Positions 23,134-31,524 of a stretch of 32,000 bases of DNA are shown in pieces. Source of the DNA: Promethearchaeum syntrophicum (GTDB lineage Archaea > Asgardarchaeota > Lokiarchaeia > Sigyniarchaeales > Promethearchaeaceae); NCBI RefSeq assembly GCF_008000775.2, contig NZ_CP042905.2, positions 870,001 to 902,000 of the forward strand. Direction: 5' to 3'. The stretch's first letter is position 1, and every line of letters starts with the position of its first letter. A program made the position numbers and the translations under genes. A model generated the notes under the pieces. It searched no databases, had not been told where the DNA came from, and worked only from the letters and a program-made list of their open reading frames with translations.

Positions 23134-24192
23134 TTATTCTTTTGTTAAGCTTTTATATCTTTTAGCATAATCCCCTTTTAATTTTATATCATATCTCAGC
23201 AAAGTGGATAATATAATATCATTAATTAATTCATTATATGAAATTCCCAAATGTTCAGCAGCAATATTCATTTTTCCATCTGGAAAAATACTAGTTATTG
23301 GATTAATTTCATGAAGCAATAAATTATTGGTTTTTGCATCAAGAATAAATACAAACATTGCATAATCATGACAATTAAAGAAATTATAGGCTTTAATCGC
23401 AATTTTCCGTGCACGTTTTACTAATGGATCTGTCGTTTCTAAAAATTTTTTTTCATCCTCATTCGAGTTCGATTGAATTCTCGCTTGAAGATCTTCTTCA
23501 TTTGATGAGGGGATTGTTTCAATTGCTGATAAAAAATGTATATTCCCGTTTAATTCGTTTCCCAAAATAGGCAGGTAGATCTTTCGTCCTCTGACATATT
23601 CTTCTGCAAGTGCAACGTAGGTTTTAGATTTTTTAAGATGGGATTTTAAATTTTCTTTGAGTTCTTTAAAATTCATGATAATTTTATCAGAAATTGATTT
23701 GGTATGAATTCCTGCGTGATAAAATTTTAAAATCAAGGGAAAATTAAACTTATTCTTAATATTTGAGATATTTCCTTCCTGAATTTTAATCAATTCAAAA
23801 TTTGGGGTTGCAATATGATTTAATTGTAAAAGCGATTTGAAAAGAGGTTTATTTTTTAATATTGTAACTGAATCCATTTGGGAACCACAATAGGGGATTC
23901 TGGTTATATCCAATAATCCAATAAATTGCGCTGGTCTGTTTTGAGTAGATGCCTTATTAGTTGTATTTAAGACTAAATCAAATGAGCTTTTTTGTAATTG
24001 TGCGAGTAAATCTTGGTTTAGGGGAATAAATGAAATCTTATTATCATAATCTATTAAAGCTTCTTGAAGTTTAGCTAACGGTGGTTGAGAATCATCCTCT
24101 TGGATTTCTTCTGCGGAATCTTTTGGCTTAGCTTTTTCTTTACTTTCAATTTGACTAATTAATGATGGATCACTGAGAATTGCTATTTTCAT
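23134..24192 (-). CDS. ATP-grasp domain protein, D-alanine--D-alanine ligase-like
   Basis: MKIAILSD..., LLDITRIPYCGSQMDSVTILKNKPLFKSLLQLNHIATPNF, EEYVRGRKIYLPILG and LLLHEINPITS follow the Ddl/ATP-grasp order of blocks. Some positions deviate from consensus (GRK for GRE, MFVF where RxDF is usual). Confidence 0.65.
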   Translation of the reverse strand: MKIAILSDPSLISQIESKEKAKPKDSAEEIQEDDSQPPLAKLQEALIDYDNKISFIPLNQDLLAQLQKSSFDLVLNTTNKASTQNRPAQFIGLLDITRIPYCGSQMDSVTILKNKPLFKSLLQLNHIATPNFELIKIQEGNISNIKNKFNFPLILKFYHAGIHTKSISDKIIMNFKELKENLKSHLKKSKTYVALAEEYVRGRKIYLPILGNELNGNIHFLSAIETIPSSNEEDLQARIQSNSNEDEKKFLETTDPLVKRARKIAIKAYNFFNCHDYAMFVFILDAKTNNLLLHEINPITSIFPDGKMNIAAEHLGISYNELINDIILSTLLRYDIKLKGDYAKRYKSLTKE

Positions 24193-24384
24193 TTTCTAAT
24201 ATCTAGAAGTCTTTAAAGATAAAATATTTTATTTAATTTCCAAAGCACTATCAAAGAACGAATGTATGCAATTAAAAAAAAGACGACAGAATAATTACCT
24301 AACAATATTAAAATTTTTATTAGAATCTTTACAAAGAATAGACAATATAAGATATTTTATGATAATATATTTGAGTAATATAAA

Positions 24385-24984
24385 ATGATTTCCTCTACAA
24401 ATGCGTCACCTGATGATTCCAAACCTACGAGAAAAATTCAGAAGAAAGTAATCGTGATTGGTGAAGGAGGAGTTGGAAAAACAACTCTTTTGCATCGATC
24501 TGTTAGCAATATCTTCGTAGATTCTACTAAAATGACAATCGGGACAGATTTCTTCATGAAAAAGATAGAAATCGAAGATGATAAAAATGTTAATCAAATT
24601 ATACTTCTACTTTGGGATTTTGCGGGGCAGGAGCGGTTTCGCTTTATTTTAAAAGACTACATTAAGGGTGCAAAGGGGGTCATTTTATGTTTCGATTTAA
24701 CTCGGGCATCCACCCTACAGAAATTATATGATTGGATCGAACTTTTAAAAGAGGGAAATGCATGGGGCAATCCAGATATTAGATTTTTCTTATCAGGTAA
24801 TAAAAAAGACCTGGTTGCGAGCACTGTAGCACCTGTAACTCCAGAAAATATTGAAGTTTTTAGGAAAGAATTCAATATTGATAAATACTTTGAAACAAGT
24901 GCGATGGATAGCACTGGCGTTGAAGACCTCTTCAATAAAGTAGCGAGCAGTATGGTCGAATTAGAGAATAAAAATAAAGATTGA
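24385..24984 (+). CDS. Small GTPase of the Ras superfamily, Rab-like
   Basis: All five G boxes are present: G1 GEGGVGKTT, G2 TIGTDF, G3 WDFAGQERF, G4 GNKKDL, G5 ETSAM. There is no C-terminal Cys/CaaX (the protein ends ELENKNKD). Confidence 0.9.
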   Translation: MISSTNASPDDSKPTRKIQKKVIVIGEGGVGKTTLLHRSVSNIFVDSTKMTIGTDFFMKKIEIEDDKNVNQIILLLWDFAGQERFRFILKDYIKGAKGVILCFDLTRASTLQKLYDWIELLKEGNAWGNPDIRFFLSGNKKDLVASTVAPVTPENIEVFRKEFNIDKYFETSAMDSTGVEDLFNKVASSMVELENKNKD

Positions 24985-25059
24985 TCAATTGAATTTTTCT
25001 CCGATTTATTTTTTCTGTGAAAATCTTTTAGTTTTATTTTTTTATTATCATGACTTCAA

Positions 25060-25764
25060 TTGATTATAGTGTTACAAAATAACAGAGACCTTTCACGCTA
25101 TTTAAAACCTTCTTATATGATTAATTGGAAAAATCCAATAATTTTAAGTGAATTAAGCAAAATTATCAAGGATATACCCGAGAATAATGATGTTCAAAAG
25201 GCAATTAAAATATTCTATTATGTTCGTGATACTTTTCGATATAAAGTAACTTTTGATTTCGCTACTCCTCATATTCTGAGAGCAACTACGACTTTTAAAC
25301 AAGGTTATGGGCATTGTGTTCGTAAGGCCATACTTTTAGCGGCTTTTGGGAGAGCGGCTGGAATTCCTACAAAACTACATTTTGTTGATTTGAAGAATCA
25401 TTTGCTAAGACCTGAGTGGATTGACAAATTCGGGGAGCAACTCCTATGGCATGGCTATGTTGAGTTTTTCCTTAATGATAAATGGGTGAAAGCAAATCCC
25501 GCTTATGATAAAGAACTATGTATTAGACACAATTATTATATTATTGAATTTAACGGTAAAGACGATGCTTTATTTACACCTTTGGATTTATCTGGGAACA
25601 AATTCATGGATTATGTCAAAGATCATGGGACTTTTGCCAAAGTTCCCTATATTCCTATGGTGTTTGATTGGTTCAAATATTATGCTCCATATATTTACAA
25701 ATTAAGAAAAAGAAAACGAAAGAAAAGAAAAAAGCAAAAAAGTCAAAATTCATCGAAAAAATAA
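25060..25764 (+). CDS. Transglutaminase-like (papain-fold Cys-His-Asp) domain protein with a poly-Lys/Arg C-terminal tail
   Basis: Catalytic-type blocks GYGHCVRKAILLAAFGRAAGIPT (Cys), WHGYVEFF (His) and KANPAYD (Asp). The tail is KLRKRKRKKRKKQKSQ. TTG start; the ATG at 25117 (MINWKN) is an alternative. Confidence 0.8.
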   Translation: MIIVLQNNRDLSRYLKPSYMINWKNPIILSELSKIIKDIPENNDVQKAIKIFYYVRDTFRYKVTFDFATPHILRATTTFKQGYGHCVRKAILLAAFGRAAGIPTKLHFVDLKNHLLRPEWIDKFGEQLLWHGYVEFFLNDKWVKANPAYDKELCIRHNYYIIEFNGKDDALFTPLDLSGNKFMDYVKDHGTFAKVPYIPMVFDWFKYYAPYIYKLRKRKRKKRKKQKSQNSSKK

Positions 25765-25767
25765 GAA

Positions 25768-25974
25768 GTGGATATCATGGAATCAAAATGTATCTATTGC
25801 CAGGAAAAGTTCGATAATTTAACTAGTTCTCATTTTTTATGTTCAAAATGCAACTCTTATTATCATTTCATCTCTGAAACCGAATTTTACTTGGAATTTA
25901 ACGCATATCCTGAAAAAAAGTTAAAAAAATATCATCAAAACCGAAGGATTCGAGTCCAGAAAAAAAAATCATAG
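25768..25974 (+). CDS. Small zinc-ribbon protein with a basic C-terminus
   Basis: CIYCQEKF...CSKCNSYYH supplies four Cys in two CxxC knuckles. GTG at 25768 or ATG at 25777. It lies 3 nt after the upstream stop. Confidence 0.5.
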   Translation: MDIMESKCIYCQEKFDNLTSSHFLCSKCNSYYHFISETEFYLEFNAYPEKKLKKYHQNRRIRVQKKKS

Positions 25975-26011
25975 ATATCAAATTATTATTTATTGCGTTA
26001 TTTAGTGATTT

Positions 26012-27049
26012 ATGGAACCTTCACTTCGATGGATTGCTGAAAAAAATGTTATTGAAATGATAGATCAGACCAAGTTACCAGGCACCTTAACATATTTAGA
26101 GATATCTGATTACAGATCTGCTGCAAATTCTATAAAAAATATGAATATTAGGGGGGCTCCTGCAATTGGGGTTACAGCGGCATTGGGAATGGCTTTAGCT
26201 GCTATCGAATTTCAACACTTAGAGGTTGGAAAATTTAAAGTCGAAATGGAAAATGCAGCTCGAATAATTTCAAAATCGCGTCCAACTGCTGTAAATTTAA
26301 CATGGGCAGTTAAAAGAATTCAAAATTTGATTGAAAATAATTCTACATCTTCTCCAGACCTTACAAAATTAATTATTGCAGAAGGTCAAAAAATGTGGCA
26401 AGAAGATATCGATACCAATCGGGCTATGGGGAAACACGGAGCTACTTTGTTAATAGATGGAGATACAGTACTTACTCATTGTAATGCTGGATCTTTAGCA
26501 ACCGTGCAATATGGCACAGCGTTAGCTCCTATCAGATGGGCCATTGAAGAAGAAGGGAAAAAAATCCAAGTCATCGCAGATGAAACTCGGCCGAGATTAC
26601 AAGGAGCTAGATTAACTGCTTGGGAATTACATCAAGATAAAATTCCGATAAAAGTTGAAGCGGATAATAATGCAGGATTAATGATGCGAAAGGGAAAGAT
26701 AGATAAGGTAATCGTGGGTGCCGACCGCATTGTAAACGGAGTTGTTTTCAATAAAATTGGAACTTTTATGGTAGCTATGGCTGCAAAATATCATAACGTT
26801 CCAATGTATGTTGTCGCTCCAAAATCAACGCTATCTTTAAATGAAACGGAAAAAGACGTAATAATTGAGCAACGAAATGCTCAGTATGAAGTTGCTGAAA
26901 TTATGGGAAAAATTAAAGAACCGATTGTTCCTGAGGGTGTCGAATGTATTAATTATGCTTTCGACGCGACTCCTTTTGAACTAATCACAAAAATTATAAC
27001 CCAAGATGGTGTTTTTAGCCCAGAAGAATTGATTCAAAGATATAAATAA
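26012..27049 (+). CDS. mtnA: S-methyl-5-thioribose-1-phosphate isomerase (eIF-2B alpha/beta/delta-like family)
   Basis: LRWIAEKNVIEMIDQTKLPGTLTYLEI..., IRGAPAIGVTAALGMALAA, THCNAGSLATVQYGTALAPI, DETRPRLQGARLTAWEL and GADRIVNGVVFNKIGT are the MtnA-type blocks, including the catalytic Cys and Asp positions. Confidence 0.8.
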   Translation: MEPSLRWIAEKNVIEMIDQTKLPGTLTYLEISDYRSAANSIKNMNIRGAPAIGVTAALGMALAAIEFQHLEVGKFKVEMENAARIISKSRPTAVNLTWAVKRIQNLIENNSTSSPDLTKLIIAEGQKMWQEDIDTNRAMGKHGATLLIDGDTVLTHCNAGSLATVQYGTALAPIRWAIEEEGKKIQVIADETRPRLQGARLTAWELHQDKIPIKVEADNNAGLMMRKGKIDKVIVGADRIVNGVVFNKIGTFMVAMAAKYHNVPMYVVAPKSTLSLNETEKDVIIEQRNAQYEVAEIMGKIKEPIVPEGVECINYAFDATPFELITKIITQDGVFSPEELIQRYK

Positions 27050-27068
27050 TATTAGTATTTATTTTGAA

Positions 27069-27923
27069 TTATTCTTGAGTTTTTTTTCGTTCTTTCTTCG
27101 GTGGTCTGCTCTGGGGTCTATTTCCGTCTCTTCTCGAAGGGTTATATCCTTCTTTTCTAGGTGGTCTGCTCTGGGGTCTATTTCCGTCTCTTCTCGAAGT
27201 GTTATATCCTTCTTTTCTAGGTGGTCGACTCCCGGGTCTATTTCCGTCTCTTCTCGAAGTGTTATATCCTTCTTTTCTAGGTGGTCGACTCCCGGGTCTA
27301 CTTCCATCGTTTCTCTTAAAATATTTTCCATCTCTCCTTTGAAGAGGTTTTCCATCTCTTCTTCGAGTAGGTGGGCCAGCTCCTCCATCTCTTCTTGGAG
27401 TTCTTGGCCCTTCTCTTTTAGGCTTCTTATTTTCCTCTCCTTTTGGAGTTTGTTTTTCTTTTCTTATCGGAGTTTGGTGTTCTTCTTTCCCATGATAGTG
27501 ATTTTTTTCTTTTTTTGAGAAGGTTTTTCTATTTTTTTTCGGAAGGGGTTTATTAATATTAGGATTTAATGAAGCGGGAAAATTTTGCGCTTTGAAAATT
27601 ATGGCATTCATTCTACGAATATCTTTTGGCAAATTAAGTTCAGGAATCAGCTGATTTGAAATTATGAATTCAAAATTGTTAATGGTGAGAATATAAGCAT
27701 GTAATTCTTTCTGGATCAATTTAATTAAAAAATCTTCAGATTGATTCAACGCGCATTCTGGCGTAAATTGGATTTTAATAACCTTTTTTTCTTTTAAACT
27801 GGAAATAATTTTAAAATATTCTTCAGAATTAAGAATTTCAGGGGTTAAAACGATTAATGGTTGTTCTTTACGAACATTTACAAATAATTCAAGCATATAG
27901 TACCAAGTAAAACAAACTTCCAA
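27069..27923 (-). CDS. Hypothetical protein: about 130-aa N-terminal globular domain plus a long Arg/Lys/Pro-rich disordered tail ending in 20-aa tandem repeats
   Basis: The tail reads ...RRDGKPLQRRDGKYFKRNDGSRPGSRPPRKEGYNTSRRDGNRPGSRPPRKEGYNTSRRDGNRPQSRPPRKEGYNPSRRDGNRPQSRPPKKERKK. I chose this frame because it is the only one continuous with a non-repetitive N-terminal domain. The likely start is the ATG at 27896 (MLELFVNV...). Confidence 0.6.
   Translation of the reverse strand: MEVCFTWYYMLELFVNVRKEQPLIVLTPEILNSEEYFKIISSLKEKKVIKIQFTPECALNQSEDFLIKLIQKELHAYILTINNFEFIISNQLIPELNLPKDIRRMNAIIFKAQNFPASLNPNINKPLPKKNRKTFSKKEKNHYHGKEEHQTPIRKEKQTPKGEENKKPKREGPRTPRRDGGAGPPTRRRDGKPLQRRDGKYFKRNDGSRPGSRPPRKEGYNTSRRDGNRPGSRPPRKEGYNTSRRDGNRPQSRPPRKEGYNPSRRDGNRPQSRPPKKERKKTQE
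27101..27340. repeat. 60-bp tandem repeat: three full units plus a fourth that decays after its first 20 bp
   Basis: The units occupy 27101..27160, 27161..27220 and 27221..27280, plus 27281..27340 (decaying after 27300). Units 1 and 2 differ at one base. Units 2 and 3 differ at 4 bases, and the first 20 nt of unit 4 are identical to unit 3. The period is exactly 60, equal to 20 codons. Confidence 0.95.
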
Positions 27924-28050
27924 AATGGTTAAATTTTCCGTTTTTAAAGAAATCTAATAAAAAATCTCCATAAGGGTATAAATATGGACAAGATGAGAAA
28001 CCGGGGACTAATTAATTATTAAATAATATAATGTAATTTTAGAGAATTCA

Positions 28051-28539
28051 TTAATTTTTAATGCCACCTTGTTTTCCGGTAATATTGTCTATGTGAATTT
28101 TTCCGATATTTACGTTTTTCAAAGCTTTTTCATTAATGAACTTGACTCGAACTGGTTCGGGTTCTTCCTCAAATTTTTCTATCATTAACTCTAAAGCTCG
28201 TTGTTTTTCTTTTAGATCTTCAATAAATTGAAAATTTCCTTTAAAATGAAGTGTTCGGTATTTATAATCACATTCTCCTTTTAAATATCCTCCGTCCTCC
28301 ATAATCTGGCCCCAAACATGTGAATTATTTGTTATATATTCATTTTTTTTTCCCGAGTTTGCACAATGGATATAAAAACTCTCGTTTTTCTGATCATAAA
28401 CATAATTCAAAGTCACTAAGTATGGTTTATTATCATTACAGAGAGCTATTGTGAGATAGGGGTTTTCATTTAATATCTTTGTAATGATCTTTTCGTCTTT
28501 TATCGATTTTTCAGATCTTCGTAAGTGATATTCCTTCAT
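28051..28539 (-). CDS. Pyridoxamine 5'-phosphate oxidase-like (FMN-binding split-barrel, NimA-type) protein
   Basis: MKEYHLRRSEKSIKDEKIITKILNENPYLTIALCNDNKPYLVTLNYVY...FYIHCANSGKKNEYI... follows the typical PNPOx-related pattern and size (162 aa). Confidence 0.75.
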   Translation of the reverse strand: MKEYHLRRSEKSIKDEKIITKILNENPYLTIALCNDNKPYLVTLNYVYDQKNESFYIHCANSGKKNEYITNNSHVWGQIMEDGGYLKGECDYKYRTLHFKGNFQFIEDLKEKQRALELMIEKFEEEPEPVRVKFINEKALKNVNIGKIHIDNITGKQGGIKN

Positions 28540-28622
28540 CGTACGATCTTAAATTTCATTTAATCAATAAAATTTGTTTCGATTGCAATTAATAAAAAAT
28601 TAAAATGAATAAAAAAAACATT

Positions 28623-28799
28623 TTAGTAAGTAGTTTTTGACCACTCATGGTTACATTTTCCGCAAATAAGTTTCTTTGGGTATACCGGGGTTCCTTGCAT
28701 TGAATAGTACAAAGGTTTAAGGGATTTATCCTCAACTTCTTTGATTTTCCTACGCTCTTCATTTCCGCAATTCGGGCAGCGAAAAATTCTTGATGACAT
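28623..28799 (-). CDS. Small zinc-ribbon protein (58 aa), not in the supplied ORF track
   Basis: My translation: MSSRIFRCPNCGNEERRKIKEVEDKSLKPLYYSMQGTPVYPKKLICGKCNHEWSKTTY*. It has two CxxC knuckles (CPNC, CGKC). It fills the gap between the MBL and PNPOx genes on the same strand. Confidence 0.55.
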   Translation of the reverse strand: MSSRIFRCPNCGNEERRKIKEVEDKSLKPLYYSMQGTPVYPKKLICGKCNHEWSKTTY

Positions 28800-28824
28800 A
28801 ATAATTTTTTTAATCTTTTCTATC

Positions 28825-29535
28825 CTAAAGAGTTAATTGATATCCCACAAAGACACTGGAAGTTGTGAAAGTAGGTTCATTTTGGAATTTTTCTATGTGT
28901 TGAGTGCAGTGCCCCATGTGCAAATTAGATACATTCGTTTTTTTAATTAAATAATCGATATCTTTAAATCCATGAAAACCACCCAATATTACTTTAACAT
29001 CTCCAAATTTTCTTGAGCTTTCGATAAAAGATGCAATCCCCGGATGAGAACATCCGACAATCATTATTGTTTCATCGTTTTTTCCATATTTTATTAACAA
29101 AGCTTGTTCCCCCACGGGTTTGAATGTTCCCGTACTTGCAATATTTTGAGAAAGTCTTGTTAAAATTTCAAAATTCTTCATTCGTTTAACATAAGGCTCT
29201 TTTAAATACCGTTCAATTTCCTTAGGTTGAACTTTTGAAAATTCATCAGGAATATATATATCGGGATTGTCGGTAACTTCTAAAACATGAGTTAAACCTC
29301 CCATATGGTCCCAATGAGCATGAGAGATTATAATTGCATCTAAATCCTTTAATGATACGTTTAGAATTTTGCAGTTATTTAGCAGTATTGATCCATGCCA
29401 GCCCGTATCAAATAAAATTTTTTTACCTTCAAATTCCAAATACGCTGAAAACCCATGTGCGATTTCCAAACTTGAATTAGTGGGATTTTTATGATTTTCA
29501 TATAATACTGTTATTCTTAACATGCTTAAATTCAA
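28825..29535 (-). CDS. MBL-fold metallo-hydrolase (beta-lactamase superfamily II)
   Basis: The HxHxDH motif IIISHAHWDHMGGL, with later His/Asp ligands (GCSHPG, GGFHG, MGHC). The likely start is the ATG at 29523 (MLRITVLYEN) rather than the TTG at 29535. Confidence 0.85.
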   Translation of the reverse strand: MNLSMLRITVLYENHKNPTNSSLEIAHGFSAYLEFEGKKILFDTGWHGSILLNNCKILNVSLKDLDAIIISHAHWDHMGGLTHVLEVTDNPDIYIPDEFSKVQPKEIERYLKEPYVKRMKNFEILTRLSQNIASTGTFKPVGEQALLIKYGKNDETIMIVGCSHPGIASFIESSRKFGDVKVILGGFHGFKDIDYLIKKTNVSNLHMGHCTQHIEKFQNEPTFTTSSVFVGYQLTL

Positions 29536-29537
29536 CT

Positions 29538-30131
29538 TTAATCTTCATATTTCTTTTTATTTCTGCGTTTTATAAAGAAATAACTTAAATATCCAACAAT
29601 AAATAAACTAAATAACCCAATGAAGACATAATCCCCCAAATCAAATACTCCATCTAAAAAGACTTCAGCAGTAGATATAACCATAATAAAAACCATGCCA
29701 ATCCCTTCTAAAATTTCCCAAATCTTCGTTTTTTTGTTCTTTTTCTTTTTTTCTTCTAGAGAGCCATTAATCTTAGCTTGTAAGCACATGATACACAATT
29801 TTTCGGTGGAATATTTTTGGAGCAGAAAATTATGAAATGAGAGAGGCATACTACAAACACTGCATTTAGGTTTTAGAATTTTATATCTTCTACTATTTTG
29901 TTTAATTTCTTCTTTTGGAAAAGGACATTGGCCAGTTATATAATGTTTACAGTCCATACATGCAATTTTATTTAACTTGCGGATTTGTCTAAAAGATACT
30001 CTCTTTGGATCTGAAGATAATGACAATATTATTTTCTCTTTTTCAGAATCTTGATATTCCAAAGATTCACAACTCCATAAATTATATCGATTTTTCCCCC
30101 ACTTCGGAATAATTTTCGAGTACTGATTCAT
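29538..30131 (-). CDS. Cys-rich (multiple CxxC) zinc-finger protein with C-terminal TM anchors
   Basis: CMDCKHYITGQC, CSVC and CIMC knuckles are followed by a KKKKNKK linker and two hydrophobic helices. Its stop is 2 nt upstream of the MBL ORF. Confidence 0.55.
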   Translation of the reverse strand: MNQYSKIIPKWGKNRYNLWSCESLEYQDSEKEKIILSLSSDPKRVSFRQIRKLNKIACMDCKHYITGQCPFPKEEIKQNSRRYKILKPKCSVCSMPLSFHNFLLQKYSTEKLCIMCLQAKINGSLEEKKKKNKKTKIWEILEGIGMVFIMVISTAEVFLDGVFDLGDYVFIGLFSLFIVGYLSYFFIKRRNKKKYED

Positions 30132-30264
30132 TTCTAATTTTTAGTTAGTGGTTTTCTATTTAATTTTTTGTAGCGAAAAATTAATAGAGTTCATAAGTTT
30201 TTCCCTTGGTTTTTTTTTAATTTTGAATAATAAAAGATAAATAACTTTTCCAACTTTCTCAAGT

Positions 30265-31452
30265 GTGTTACCCCCCTTCGTAAGTTTCATCATCATCTTG
30301 ATACTCATACTAGTTTTTTCAAAATATGAACTTGGAATAATATTACTCATAGGAGCAATATTATTTGGGTTATTAGCAGAGGTTGATCTTTTTACAGTAT
30401 TTGCTAATGTATTTTTAGATCCTTCCGTAATTTTACTCGCAATTGCCGTTACCCTTATTCCAATCTTAGGTGCAATAATGGAAGAATCTAAAATGATGCT
30501 GGAACTTATAGAGAAATTAAATATTTCAAAAAAATCTGCTTTAATGCTATCTCCTGCCTTATTTGGGCTTCTTCCGGTTGCAGGGGGTGCATTAATGAGT
30601 GCTCCTATTGTAGATCAAGTTGACAATGAGTTAGATGTTAATAAAAAAGTGGCAATTAATGTATGGTTTCGGCATGTTTTTATCCTAATTTATCCCTTGG
30701 CTTCAACAATTATTGTTTCAAGCGTTTTAACACAAATTCCCCTCTATACAATCGTACTTGTTATGCTTGTTCCATTTTTCTTGATGACTCTCCTAGGATA
30801 TATATTTTTAATCAGATCTATACCAAAAACAGAAAAACATAATCATCGGGATCTTAAACGTGCATTTAGAAATTTCATTCCTATCATTATCGCACCTATT
30901 ATCGATTTAATCGGTAGAAGTATTTGGAAGGAATTTGAATATGAAGAAATATTTTTGGTTATTGGATTATTTATAAGTCTTATTATTGGTTTACGATTCG
31001 CAGATTATGGCTTAAAAAGTTTGTTTACATTTGCTAAGAAAATGAAAGTATGGCGATTTCCTTTATTAATTATCGCAATGTTCTTGTTTTTGGAAGTTTT
31101 TATAGAATCAGGAGTTCCCGATCAAATAGCGTCTGTAGATTTACCCTTAATATTGTTTTTGATTTTAGCTTTTATATTAGGATTTGCTACTGGCCGGGCT
31201 CAATTACCCCTAACAATATTAATTCCGATCTACCTCACCCAATATGGGTTGACAGTATTTCCATTATTGGAATTTGCTTTACTCTATTCTGTAACATTTT
31301 TGGGTTATATTATTACTCCACTTCACCCGTGTGTCTCATATACTTATCAATATTTCAAAACTGACTATAAAAGTGCATTCAAATATCTGGCTTTACCTAC
31401 ATTTATTTCATTTGCAATAGCCTTACTTTTATCTCTAATTACATTTTTCTAA
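30265..31452 (+). CDS. Polytopic membrane protein, DUF401-like putative permease
   Basis: About 10-11 TM helices. The segment LMLSPALFGLLPVAGGALMSAPIV resembles the conserved block I recall for DUF401/ion-transporter-superfamily proteins; the family call is weak. GTG start, so the N-terminus is uncertain. Confidence 0.6.
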   Translation: MLPPFVSFIIILILILVFSKYELGIILLIGAILFGLLAEVDLFTVFANVFLDPSVILLAIAVTLIPILGAIMEESKMMLELIEKLNISKKSALMLSPALFGLLPVAGGALMSAPIVDQVDNELDVNKKVAINVWFRHVFILIYPLASTIIVSSVLTQIPLYTIVLVMLVPFFLMTLLGYIFLIRSIPKTEKHNHRDLKRAFRNFIPIIIAPIIDLIGRSIWKEFEYEEIFLVIGLFISLIIGLRFADYGLKSLFTFAKKMKVWRFPLLIIAMFLFLEVFIESGVPDQIASVDLPLILFLILAFILGFATGRAQLPLTILIPIYLTQYGLTVFPLLEFALLYSVTFLGYIITPLHPCVSYTYQYFKTDYKSAFKYLALPTFISFAIALLLSLITFF

Positions 31453-31524
31453 TTACATTTCTTTTTTAAGTAAGTAAATTAAAAGATTTAAATAAGGAAA
31501 AAATTTCAATATGTTAATTACCCC

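Noticed and set aside
23134-24192. The Ddl-like gene as evidence for peptidoglycan or pseudomurein synthesis
   Set aside because: It is a single ATP-grasp gene with deviant motifs and no Mur-ligase or other cell-wall genes nearby. ATP-grasp ligases have many substrates.
26012-27049. Annotating this ORF as translation initiation factor eIF-2B
   Set aside because: The N-terminal LRW...DQTKLP block and the catalytic Cys/Asp blocks are of the MtnA (methylthioribose-1-phosphate isomerase) type. Archaeal eIF-2B-like names are historical. A ribose-1,5-bisphosphate isomerase role cannot be fully excluded without phylogeny.
27101-27340. Regular 60-bp periodic repeats as a possible CRISPR array
   Set aside because: The repeats are directly adjacent with no unique spacers. 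The period is a multiple of 3 inside a long ORF, and there are no cas genes and no leader. It is a coding tandem repeat.
27059-27518. Two extra long ORFs over the 60-bp repeat region: 27059..27388 (minus, acidic EKKDITLREETEIDP repeats) and 27075..27518 (plus, Ser/Phe-rich)
   Set aside because: The strand here is almost pure pyrimidine/purine, so stop codons are absent in several frames by composition alone. Only the 284-aa frame continues into a non-repetitive N-terminal domain. I cannot strictly exclude the acidic frame without expression data.
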